Assembly (NCBI RefSeq): GCF_022539665.2
Contig: NC_081331.1
Coordinates: forward strand, 62,001 to 126,000
Reading direction: 5' to 3'
Length of the DNA: 64,000 bases
Origin: Daphnia carinata
Taxonomy: Eukaryota
The translations under genes and the position numbers were made by a program. The notes under the pieces were generated by a model. That model made no database searches, was not told the origin of the DNA, and saw only the letters and a list, made by a program, of their open reading frames with translations. Positions 29,601-41,314 of this stretch are shown here, piece after piece; positions within the stretch are counted from its first letter, which is position 1; each line of letters opens with the position of its first letter.

Positions 29601-30495
29601 ACCTACAGGTGCATTCGACTCGGAAGACGAAGACAATGCCAAGCCAATGTCATATGACGAGAAGCGACAGCTCAGCTTGGATATCAACAAGCTTCCAGGT
29701 ATGTTTTTTTTTTTTTTAAATATTTGAATAATGGGTGTGACGTGTGTGTAATCATATTTGCTCGATTCTAGGGGACAAGCTTGGTCGCGTCGTTCACATC
29801 ATCCAATCTAGAGAACCCTCGTTAAGGGACTCGAACCCTGACGAGATTGAAATCGACTTTGAAACACTCAAACCCTCAACACTCAGAGAGCTTGAATCAT
29901 ACGTTGCTTCGTGTTTGCGCAAGAAGCCTCGAAAACCATACTGTATGTTATCTTCATTAAAGGCTAAGAATTCGTTTCGATCCTTAATGTAATCGATGGG
30001 CATTCTGGCAGACAAAAAGCAAGCTGGCAAGACGAAAGACGAAGCCATGCGAGAGAAAGAACGGGAGCTAAATGAGAGATTGCAAGACGTGACTGGAAAA
30101 CTGGGATCAGCCAAGAAGGTCCATCGCAAAGGTTAAAACTTTCCTTTTTATTCATTTAGACATTTAGAGCGATCAAATGCTGCCTTTTGTGTTGATTAAG
30201 GTTCACCAGCCTACCGAAAGACAAAATGTTGCGGCTAAATTCATTTTTAGTCGTAAATGACTTGCGTTTTAGTTTTAACATAGAAACTAACGTTTCCCTT
30301 TTTTTTATTTCAATTTTGTGCACATGTACTGTTATAGAAGAGGCTAAAGGAGCCGTCGATGGTGCTAGTAGTGGAGCTGCAGGAGCTGGGGCTGCTTCTC
30401 GTTTGTCTTCGTCTTCGAGCAGCTCCGATTCCGACAGTAGCAGCTCGAGTTCCAGTTCCAGTTCTTCCGATTCATCGGATTCGGAAGCAGGTTAG
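26611..30495 (+). CDS. fs(1)h: BET protein short isoform ending after the SEED region (read-through of the donor into TAG)
   Basis: SDSEA G|GT TAG at 30490-30495. The following 2.5-kb intron is 3'UTR-like, with AATAAA at 32609-32614. Confidence 0.7.
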
Positions 30496-33400
30496 CCCCA
30501 CTTCTCCGTCTTAAACTGAAAGACCGAACGTTCTCATCCCCTTCCTCTCAGCCCTCCCACATACCTCTCTTTTTCCTTTTTTATTTATTTTTTTTTTTTT
30601 CTTCACATTTCTACTGTGGTAGTTTCCTCCAACCAAGCAATAGCCGCCATTTCTTTAAATTCCATATTCATGGTAGTCAGTTGTGGAACGTAAGCATGCG
30701 TCAATAGCAAGGGAAAGTGTGACATTTTCTCGTTCTGGCTTGCGCACAGTATCACAGAAGCGACCGCGCGTTTAAAAAAAAAAAACCAACTGCCACAAGT
30801 TTACAGAGCTCTTCATTTTTGTTCAACATCGATGAAACCAAGTTTAAGCCAGTCTAAATTTTAATGAGTGAGGGGCAATTGTATAAAAACTGTGTGTGAA
30901 AAAGAAGAAAGCCGCGAGTGCAGAATGTGTCTTTTGGAGGCTCGATTTCGAGCTTTAATTCTTTTCCTCTTCTTCTTTGTTATTCTTCCTTTCTTTTTGG
31001 GTTCTCTTTCGACTGGCCACACGCTGAAAGGTTTTGATTTTTCGGTATTCCTATCTCATTCTTCATGACCATTCATTCACCTTGTGTCATTATCACGCAT
31101 AGACATTTAAAACATTCTGTTATTTACCCCTCCGTTGTTGCGCGAGGTGAAACACGTGTTTCCCCCTCTTTTTTTTTTTTTGTTTTGTTTTGTTTGTTGT
31201 TATCGCGGAGATCTCTTCGTTAACACGGATTCTTTATTATCCATTCCGCAACTCGTTTTTTTTTTTTTGGACCAGTGGATTTTTGTCTTTGCCGTGTTGA
31301 TAATCCACTGAAAAGTCTGGTACCTGAAAAGCTTGTGTCGTGAATTGTCGGAATCACTCTCCTTGAATTTCAGAGGAAACCAACTACACGTGTGTGTGAT
31401 TCTTGCTGGCGTGCGTCTTCATGAAGAACTTGAGGATCATCAGGCCTATTCCCCTTCTTCCGAATATTTTTCTTTTTTCTTTTTAAAAATTCGGGTCTCG
31501 ATTCTTTTGGTTTAAAAAAGCGCAAACAAGAGCCTCCAAGACGCTTTCAGCACTCAACGATTCCTCTCTTTTCAGATAACGACGTTCATCAATGACCTTA
31601 CTTAAACTATTTGCTCTTGTGGCATTCTCTTCTGGCTGCCACGTAGCACTCACACGCTCCCCGAACTTCCCTTTTCTTTCTATTCGGATTGGGTCTCAGA
31701 TTACCGGGGAAAAAAAAAATCTTGAGATTCGAGTGCTCAAATTTGAAGAAGAGAAAGCGTTCGGGGAGCTCTTTTTTTCTCTCTTTTTGAAACGATAAAC
31801 TGCCACAGAAATGAGTATTTAATTCCGTCGTTTTTTGTTTATTATTTGAGGATTGTAATATTCTCTTGAACGGTGAAAAATAAGACACGGACGGAGATAT
31901 TAGCAGCTCTGTCCCTGTTTTTTTGCATGGAGGTTAGCAACGACGTTTGCACTTGTACATAATTCCTCTCCTGACCTCTCCTCCATCTTGGAGAAAAGAT
32001 GAACAATTAAAGAATAATTAACGTATAGTGAAGATTATTTTTCGTTTTTTTTTTTTAAATGGGGGGTTAACTCTTTAAGAAAAAATCCCCTGCCCTCTGT
32101 CCGGATTTGATAATTGCTCGTTCGTTTTTTCCCCCCGAAATTTCTAATCTGATCCGCTAGCGTCGACGTAGAAAGTTGCCAACGTTCATGCGTGACGGCC
32201 TACTCCCCCATTTCGTACTTAAACAATTAAAAATTTGCCGCAAAAATATTTAAATCGTGGTCGTCGCGTGATTGAGAGCAAATTCTATCTCGAAAAATTC
32301 CTCCCGTTAACCCAAGAGAACCGCCTGTTTTGGCTTCAAAGATTCTGTGGTTCATTCGCTCATATTTGTAACAATGAATAGTTTCTCATCTGTAAAATGT
32401 TGTCATCGTCTCGTTCACATCTTCCCTCTTCACACACTTTTGTTACTCGGATTAAACAAATTTTTACATTTTTTAAAAACTTATTTTGGTTTTTAAGAAT
32501 TCTATACCCACCTTTTTTTCCTCTCTTCTTTCCTCTGTTTCATGGTTTACCGTACATCGTACAATGTATACCGTACACTGTGTAAGGTCATCGACAAGAT
32601 TTTTTTGCAATAAACGAAGTGAAACAAACACATGATTCATCCATGCCGACCCTTAAAGCTCTTTCGACACATTCACACACACACACGAAAAGGTCACACT
32701 TTCATGTCTCTGATTGATCTTTTTCTTTCTTTTTACTTTCTTCTTTGCCCTTCATCATCATCTTCTCAAAATTGTGCTCTTTTTTCCTGTTGGGTTATTT
32801 ATTTATTTATTTTTTTTGATGGAATCACATTCTGCACTCGGTCGCGCTGATACTGATCCGTAGATTATAGATTTTATTATATTCCTTTACCGCCAGCCCC
32901 ACGTAGTTTTAAAATTGTGGCTACCTTTTTTTTTTTAGAGCTGTCAGAATTTTTCGCGGGTTGTGGGAGAGGAAGAAGAGTTTTTTTTTTAATGTGGATG
33001 TAATAAAATGTGACGATGATATCAATCCTACCCCGCCTTTTTTCAGAAACAAATGCACAGCAGCAGCAACAGCAGCAGCGCAAGGCCAAGCGGAAGGAGT
33101 CCGAAGGCGAGGTAACACGTTGTGTGATTTTGAATTATTTGGCTCGTTTAACTAATTCGTTTTCTTCTTTTTTTTTTCTTCTAAAAAGGTGGTGGACGTA
33201 ATGAGCGTGACGCCTCGCCGAAGCTGGCCAACAAACGAAGGTGCTCACAATCAGGGTGGTAGCGATAGTCAGCGGTCGCATCCATCGACCGGTAACATTC
33301 ATCACCAGGCTCACCACCAACACGGCAATCGTCCCGTGAATATGACTGCTGGCCATACCAATAATTCTGCTGCTGCTCCTACTGCTAATAACAATTTGCC

Positions 33401-34958
33401 CTCACTCATGGAGTCGTCAGCTCAAAAGTCGAACTCACATGTTGGCCAGGCAACGCTCAAGCCACCACTACCGCCAGTGATGACACCGCAGCAGCAACAG
33501 CAGCCAACTCAGCAGCAGCAACAGTCGCTGCCACATCAGCAGCAGCAGCAACAAGTTCGACCTCTAGCAAATGCCGGATCCAACCTGCCTCCAGGTTCAA
33601 ACAGCCTCTTTAGTCCACCGTCTGGCACGTCGTTGCCATCTATGGCTGATATGCAACAACAACAACACCATCACCACCAACAGCCTAATTTATTCGTTAA
33701 CGGACAGTCGGAGATCAATCAGCAACAGGGCGCTGGCTACGCTGGAGTACCCGGCTCTTCGGCTCACAACAATATGGTACACGTCAAATCGGAACCGCTG
33801 AATCAGACGGGTGGGCAGTATGATTTCCAGTCCCGCATGGATCTCCCGATGAACGATTTTGACCAACACCAAAAGGACATGATGCAAATGCCGAGCGACA
33901 ATCTTTTCAACTCGATGGCGCAGCCACAGCAACAAGCGATTCACCATTCGCAATCGCTCGGCGATGTCAAATCGATGGCCCTTGCCTCGAATGTGTCGAG
34001 TCCGTCAGTGACGATGCCAGTCTCTGGCGGCAAACCCAAGTCCAGCTCAGCGGCCATGGCCCAAGTGCGCAATGCTAGCTCGTGGTCGTCTTTGGCCGGC
34101 CCGTCTCAACAAGGTGGGCCGCCAGGGTCATCAAAGTCGTCGAACATTGGCGATTCGTTCCAAATGTTCAAACGCCAAGCTAAAGAGAAGGAAGCTCGAC
34201 AGAAAGCTCTGATTGAACAGCAAGAGATGCGTCGCCAGCAGAAGGAACAGGCCGAACGGGAAAGAATGCGAGCAGAAGCCGATCGTAGACGCGAACGAGA
34301 AGAAGAAGAAACTTTGGAGAAAGCTAGGTCTGTATAACCCGTGTTTTTGTTTTAATATCTAATATGACTAACCTTTAAAACGATTTAGACGAGTGGCCAT
34401 TGGTTTGCAAGACGAAGCACGTCCGTCACCCCCAACAAAGACGGGATTGAGTCCAATTCAGCAGAATGCCGCCCCGCCACCGCAGCCGGTCGTCAACAAA
34501 ACACACCACTCACACGTGTCAGCCCAACAGCAACATCGTACTTCACCCGCCCCTACACCCCCATCGGCCCCTTCGCCAGCAGCGGCCGTAGGTGGAGGAG
34601 TTCCTCTTCCTTCGCCGTCTCCTAAAGGTATGTTGATTATTAATCTTTTTCGCATCTTGGACCAAACTTTCACCGCTCTAACGGCCTCTTTCTCTTGTTT
34701 AGGACAATCAGCGCCAAGCCCTGCTTCTTCAGCCCCGCCAATGGGTGGCGCTTCGACAAATGCTGATAAAGAACGTGAGAGGCAGAGACTGAGAGAGCAA
34801 GAGCGTAGGAAGCGAGAAGCGGTAAGTCCTCAATTTCTCTATTGCGTAAACAGTGCGGATAGTTGAACATCTTTTTTTGTTTCTATTTACAGTTGGCTGG
34901 CCAAATTGACATGAATCGCCAGAGCGATTTAATGGCAGCGTTCGAGGAATTGCTCTAA
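26611..34958 (+). CDS. fs(1)h: BET-family double-bromodomain protein, long isoform (exons 26611-26675, 27160-27214, 27280-27504, 27580-27913, 27977-29445, 29503-29698, 29772-29942, 30012-30131, 30338-30490, 33047-33111, 33189-34327, 34389-34627, 34703-34821, 34893-34958)
   Basis: BD1 ([36 protein letters not shown]), [13 protein letters not shown] motif, BD2 ([20 protein letters not shown]), ET domain ([36 protein letters not shown]), Ser-rich SEED region, Q-rich region and C-terminal motif [18 protein letters not shown]. All splice phases are consistent. Confidence 0.95.
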
Positions 34959-35955
34959 ATCTGGACGAGTCTTCTGCTATAGACGGATCGACGAGTTTAT
35001 CTTCTGAACCTTTTGTTACGTGTACTGGCCATTCAACCATTACAAACTTGTTGCGTTACGTATCTTGTTCTTTTTTTTTTTTTTTTTTTTTTGTCCTCCC
35101 TTTTTGTGTCCTATTTTTTTCCCTCTCAATAATTGATGCGACATCTTTTCTTATTTTCGTTTTCTTCTTCATCTCCGCCGTGTCTTTTCTCTTTCAGTGG
35201 AATCGAATGTTGAAAGACAACTGTCCCCTCATCATAGATTTAAGTTTACCCTAATTTTTTAATTATTATTCAATTGGAATTCAATGCAAGGACTCCCCTG
35301 ACCACCAACATCTCCACACCCCGTTCATCTCTACACCACCTCCCTTCATTTTTTTATAATTATTATAATTAAGTGTAATCGAATGTACATACTTGTGTAA
35401 CACGTAGGACACAATTTGTCTGAAACCACGAAATGTCAGCATTGGAAACGTCAAGGGTACTCGTTGACAGTGTAGACGTATTCAAAAACAAAAAACAAAA
35501 ACAAACAAAAAAAGAATGTGAAGAAAAAGATGACAAAAATTACTTCAAGTCTTATGTTTTTCCTCTATCTCTATCTGTCCTCTTATGATTCATTTGAAAT
35601 AAAGAAAAAAAAACCTTATAAAAAACAGCACAAATAAAATTTGCTGAATTCCTGTTCGAATTTCTTCGAGAACTGACACGTTGTGGCAATGATATTGTGT
35701 CGTGTCCTTGATTTTTTTTTCTGAAATGTGGTTTTCATTTACATACACAACTTAGCCATTAATCTGCTAAAACGTCTCATTTATTCAAATTGAATGTCAA
35801 ATCATACACCAGACTATCGAATCATTTGTAACAACGTTCGTTCCAACACGATGGAACAGAACATAATAAATCCCACGTGACAAAATGTACACACACTTGA
35901 TCCCGTTGGTTCGTGGAAAAGGAGTAAAGGTCATCAGCTTGTGCCCATCACATGC

Positions 35956-36750
35956 CTAATGGCAATGTTCTGTAATATCAACAAGGAACCCTTTCTGCCA
36001 TCCGAACAAGAAGTAGCCAACGGTGCATCCCAGAATCACAGAGATGAAAAGCCAAACGTTGTATGTCATCACGATCAACATGAGGAAATAGGAAATGATC
36101 ATCTGCAGAAGATGTAAAGCCGTTTGAATGTAATGGGACGCACTGGTCACACTCGTCTTGAAGCTAAACGTCATTGCAAAATATAATGCATTTAGCATTT
36201 TTAGGGACATACATTTACGTTGATGATATACCTCATTGGCGTTCTTGCTTGACTAGATGTTTCGCTACCTCCTTCGGGGGTTTTAACACCGTTGTAATTA
36301 ACAGATGTGTAATGTTTCCGACTCAGGTACTCTCTACAAATTCAGTAGGGAAAAGATTAAAGATCCGACTGGTTTCCAGAGCCAAAACAGCGATTACCTG
36401 AAGTATTTCAATCCTTCGTAAAGGATACCCATAAGAAAGATGCCGATACAGGATCCCACCATGGCACCAACAGATTGAATGTCCCATTGTTTGAATAAGA
36501 CAACAGCTGTGTAATCTGCATAGAAGTACATCTGCGAATTTGCAACAACGTAGTTATCGTTAAAACTCAAAGCATTTTGTTACATCAAAACAATTACCTG
36601 CATCATCATCATCATACCACCGTCACCGTGATTGTGTACAGTAGTTGCATCCTTCATCATCGCTGCGTGATCATGCATGGTCGTCGTCTCCATACCGGCG
36701 GCATGCATATCGTGTCCATCATGACCCATCATATGATGATCGTGTGACAT
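35956..36750 (-). CDS. Ctr1: High-affinity copper transporter Ctr1/SLC31A (exons 36750-36598, 36531-36398, 36333-36232, 36163-35956)
   Basis: His/Met-rich N-terminus ([16 protein letters not shown]...[12 protein letters not shown]), [11 protein letters not shown], MxxxM (MLIVM), GxxxG (GCTVG) and C-terminal HCH. Confidence 0.95.
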
Positions 36751-37275
36751 TTTGTGTTCTAGTTGGCAACTAGCGAAGAAAAATAAATCAAAACAAGTAA
36801 ATTAAATACATTACTCCCTAAGCCGCAATAGCATTAACCGAGATCGCTTACGACTAATTTAAACAATGTGGGAACAACGCTAAGAACGAACTGAACAGAA
36901 CAACTAGAGGAGATGCGATATCCAGGAAGAATAACACCGACTTCAGCGCAACAACATGGTTTTTCCCATTTCACTTTTTAAACAACAGCGTGGAAATTTT
37001 GCTGGAGGGGACTAAAGTGAAAGTGCCCCCCCCCCCTCCTCCAGCTTTCGCTGAAATAGGAAAACATTGCGCGAAAAAGACGCACTTTCTACGATTTAAA
37101 ACCATCTTAACATTCCCGTAAATTGTGTTAAAGTTATAAAAATTATGCAATCTCACCTAACAGTTCACAAATTTCAATGTTGCACGGTTGACTACCGAAT
37201 CGGGTCTAACAACGATTTCTCAGTCAGCTGGAGAGAACACCAGTGGTGACGCCCATCGGTGGACCCATGCGGCAT

Positions 37276-37282
37276 TTTTATA
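37276..37282 (-). promoter_or_regulatory. Putative TATA box for Ctr1 (non-coding first exon ~37250-37157)
   Basis: TATAAAA on the minus strand, with an AG|GTGAGA donor at ~37156 downstream. Confidence 0.45.
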
Positions 37283-37993
37283 TGGTTGGGTATTGTGGCG
37301 GCGCACGTGACGTAACGTTATCGTTCTTTAGTTATCTCCAAATAACAACAGGTTAATCTGTCTCGGCGGGTATGTCTTTTTCAAACGCATATTAATGAGC
37401 CTTTATTTTCAAGACGAAAGAGGATCAGTGCGTCCCACTACATTCAAATGACTCGCTATCGACAACTAATATGCGATTGATTACACACGACACAGTATTA
37501 GTCAATATTCAACTTTTAATATCCCCATAGCTAAAGAAAAGACGCAAATGTTCTAAGAACCCAAATACTACTTGCAGACGACGTACATTTTGCATGCCTT
37601 TAGCCAAAAATATGAGCCATTGGGACAGACAAGTTTTAGGAACTTCTAGAATCGGTTACAAGTAATTCCATGTAGTAGAAAACGAGCCTATCGTGAATAG
37701 CCTGGAATTCTATTCCCCTTTGCGACACCACATCTAGTCGAAAAATAGTTTTGCAGTTTAAGGTTCACCATTTCCCATCAGCTGATTCCCCCTTACCACC
37801 GGACGCCCAGAGTCTGTCCGGTGGAAGGGGATAAACCACTCCCGATCACCAAGTCAGTCACCACCCGTCGCACACTCTCCGCCCTTTCCTACTATCTTGG
37901 TGCTAACACATTTTCTGTTTTGTTATAATAAGACTCGACCAGCACACACAGCTAGTGACGTCAGAGACGTGCCGGCTGCAGACGAGACGTGCC

Positions 37994-38317
37994 GTGCGCA
38001 GTACTGGTATACCAGCGCCACTGTAACGCGAGATCGGAGGCATTTGGGTAAGTAAGAAAATTTCTTTTGATCAACGTTTATGCATTTAAAAAAAGCTATT
38101 CCGAAGAACTCACTTGAAAGTGACATAACTGTTTACAAAAAATTTGTTTTGCCAGTCAGTTTTTTCAGGAATTCTATTGCGATTCACAGGTATTCGGTGG
38201 GTAGAAGTTAGACGTTTGGGGTATCCTAGTCGTAACGAGCGCACAACGTTGATTTTTGTATGGGCCAAAGTCAGCATGGTAAGACGATGTAATCGACGTA
38301 CGGTAGTGTCGTGCGCA
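37994..38317 (-). promoter_or_regulatory. Cluster of three metal-response-element cores (TGCRCNC)
   Basis: TGCGCAC 37994-38000, TGCGCTC 38237-38243 and TGCGCAC 38311-38317, all on the minus strand upstream of Ctr1. Confidence 0.4.
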
Positions 38318-39485
38318 TTAAACGCGTTCGACGTCGAACGTGGAACGGTTGGACTGGCGAAACGCCTACGTGAGCTTTTCTAAACCTGATACTTCTATTA
38401 TACGCACATTGAGCAAATACCAGTTGCGTACGGGAAGTTTTTTTCTCCCCGTTGAACTTCGATCTCACCTGACCAGTTTTCAAAGCCAAGCAACAATTAT
38501 CGATATTTGCGTAAACAACTTTGTCATTCTCAAGAGACAAAATGCCTTAATATTTTGTCAGAAGTTGTTATTGGCTGAGGGTTTTGATGAAATCCGGATA
38601 TTGGCGTTTAACATTGCATATTTACGAGTAATTTTGATTATGCCCAAACACATTCTTCTTCAAGGTTGTATGAACAACTTAATATGAATGACATTCTGGG
38701 GCATGGATTAATGGCATATTTCTCCGATTTTCTACCCTTTGTCACCCGTCTTTTATTTCCCGCGTTTATTGCTGATCGACCTGCCATGCCGGAAATTCTT
38801 AGTATATTATAACATTCTTCCTCCTCGCTGCCAACACTACTAGAACATTGAAAAGGGCTTATTTAAAAATGTTGTTGATTCGTAAAAATTCCCCCATCGG
38901 TTGTTTTTCCAGTTCTGTTGTTTTGACGGTCGATCGAGATGCGAAATAAACACAAGGTTATTGCGATTACGCCAAGGTTGCAAAAGCTCTTTCCTTTTAG
39001 AGCAAATAAAACTTGATTTCCTTCCCAAAATAAGTTCAAGTTTGAATAATTTTTGAATTTATAATTTTATGTAATTATATCTGTCTCTTATCTGCCATCT
39101 TTCGTTGAGAGTTCGAACGACTGACTCTTTACGAATCAATAATCGAAATCACAATACATTAATCGACATTTGTGTTCGATACAATCAAAGTAGAATATAC
39201 AATGTGTTTCATAGGTGAAATGCATTTAAATCCTCGTGTTATTAACAGAAGAAATGCAAATTCTAGTTCGACATTCTCTTTAAAACGGAAGTGCGACGTG
39301 GTAGCTTCGTCTACACACTAGATTGTTACAAGAATTGAACCAATACATAAAATTAAACACAACTAAGTCAGACACTTGAGAAACATGGTGTAGTTCAAAG
39401 AGCCAACTAGAAAGAGTGAATAGGGTATCAACAAGGTTAGCAATCCAAACTGTCTTCTTTATAGCGAAAGCGGTCAATGGGTTAG

Positions 39486-41314
39486 TTAAAAAATAGTTAG
39501 TTTAGAAGAGCTCTTTCTTTGTTTTTGCTCATTCACTATATGACGATCAGAGGCTCGAAGATGGTCCAAATCCTTTTCTTTGTCCACTAGCCTCAGTCGA
39601 ATTTGTGAAACAGATGCTAGGTCACCACGGTCGCTTTGCCGTTGCAAAGACTGTTTTAATTTGGCGATTTCACGTTCAGCCCTGCGGATTTCTTCTCCAA
39701 CTTGCAAACTCTGAACGTTTAATTTTTCACGAGTTAAGTGACCCAACTTTGTCGTCTTCGGCCACGATGATGAAGTGCCAGGTAGTGCTTCACATGTTTA
39801 GACAATTTCGGTCAGTATGACAGATGATCCATGAAACAATTTTTTTAAGCTAATTACGTACCTTCTTTGGAATGAGGGCCGTTATTTTTTGTTAACTTGG
39901 AATTGATAAAATCGAAAACAGACGCTTTTCGTTCGGACGCAATTGGCTATCTGACGGGACCGAATCTCGGCTTTCGCTTTCTGGCGTTCCAATCGCTTTT
40001 CTACAGAAAGCATATTCAAACTTCCGGCTGCTTCTCTCAGCTCCATGCAACGATCTTTAGAATACAATAATAAGATTTGGTATAACGAATAATTTTCGAG
40101 AATCTCTAAAAAGGAGAAAAAAAGGCCTTTACCAAGTGATCGGCCAGGAGGAAAAACCATGGCTTCGACTGGTTCGATTCGGCCTTCTCCTTCCTTTCCA
40201 AGCCCAGAACCATGGACATAGCCCATTTTCGCCATCAAACGAGATCCAATTCCACGCGTGTGTTGTTCCCACAATCCAAACGATTCGATACCCGCTCCTC
40301 CAATGTTATTCATTTCGAGGTATTTTGAAGTGAACTGCGAGTCATCGTCATCTTCGTCCGTACTGAACTCCGAAGATGAATCTTCTTCTTGCTCCTCTAA
40401 TGAAATCAAAACCATTTAATCATTTTGTTGTGGCAAGGGCGTAGTAATGTTATACCAAGTGGATAAACACAGTGCAGATTAAGCAAGAGAGCATCATTGC
40501 AATGAAGAAATTTAACTGAAAATTCTGTTCCTTTAATAACATCTTCAACCCTTCCCTTGTACCATAGGTCATCTTTATATTTTGCCAACACCATGCAACC
40601 CTCAACAATTTGGCTATAATCTGGATCACTGTTAAGCAAATAAAATAATAATTATTGGAATATCTTGTATTTGCAGTGAAAAGTCATACCTGAGATCTTG
40701 CACTTCATCAAGCCTAACAGCATAGCCATGGGAATAATGGCATTTATCATCTGAATATTTACAATTTCCTTCAAGATAATAAGGACATGGCTGCATTTTT
40801 TTGTTGGTGGGATGCATGAAAACAGCTTTTACATATACCAGACCATCTTCATTTAACTCTGAGCCAAGGATAATAGCATTATGATACCCAATTCCACCCC
40901 ATTCATATTTGAAGGGTACTTTACATTTTACTCCTTCTAATGCTGAAAGCTCATCCTGTTAGAAGAAATGTAAAAAAGCTCTTAACTTACAAATGTAATT
41001 GGTATCACTACTGAGGAAAACTGACTTCCAAGCTTGATTCATTTTGGCTATCAGAGGTATCACTCTCTTGAGCTGTTGTGGTTGAAAGGCTCGTTTCCGT
41101 CAGTAATATGATTTCTTCCAAATCCTTAACAACTTGTTCCAAATCCGCTTTTTGTTCTTCTGACGCGACCAGCAATGCATCGTGGATTTGCTTGAGCTGT
41201 ATTCTTAAATTAATTTTAAGATTACAATTGATACTGAATATAGAATTATATCGTCTGAACCTGAGTTTTGTATAGCTGAAGAGAATCTTGTAATGATTGT
41301 GGGTCCTCAGACAT
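39486..41314 (-). CDS. ZGPAT: Zinc finger CCCH-type with G-patch domain protein; contains an apparent +1 frameshift at ~39941
   Basis: [18 protein letters not shown] start, CCCH finger ([21 protein letters not shown]), Tudor-like segment ([14 protein letters not shown]), G-patch ([35 protein letters not shown]), VFDFINSKL and a C-terminal coiled coil ending KLTIF. Confidence 0.9.
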
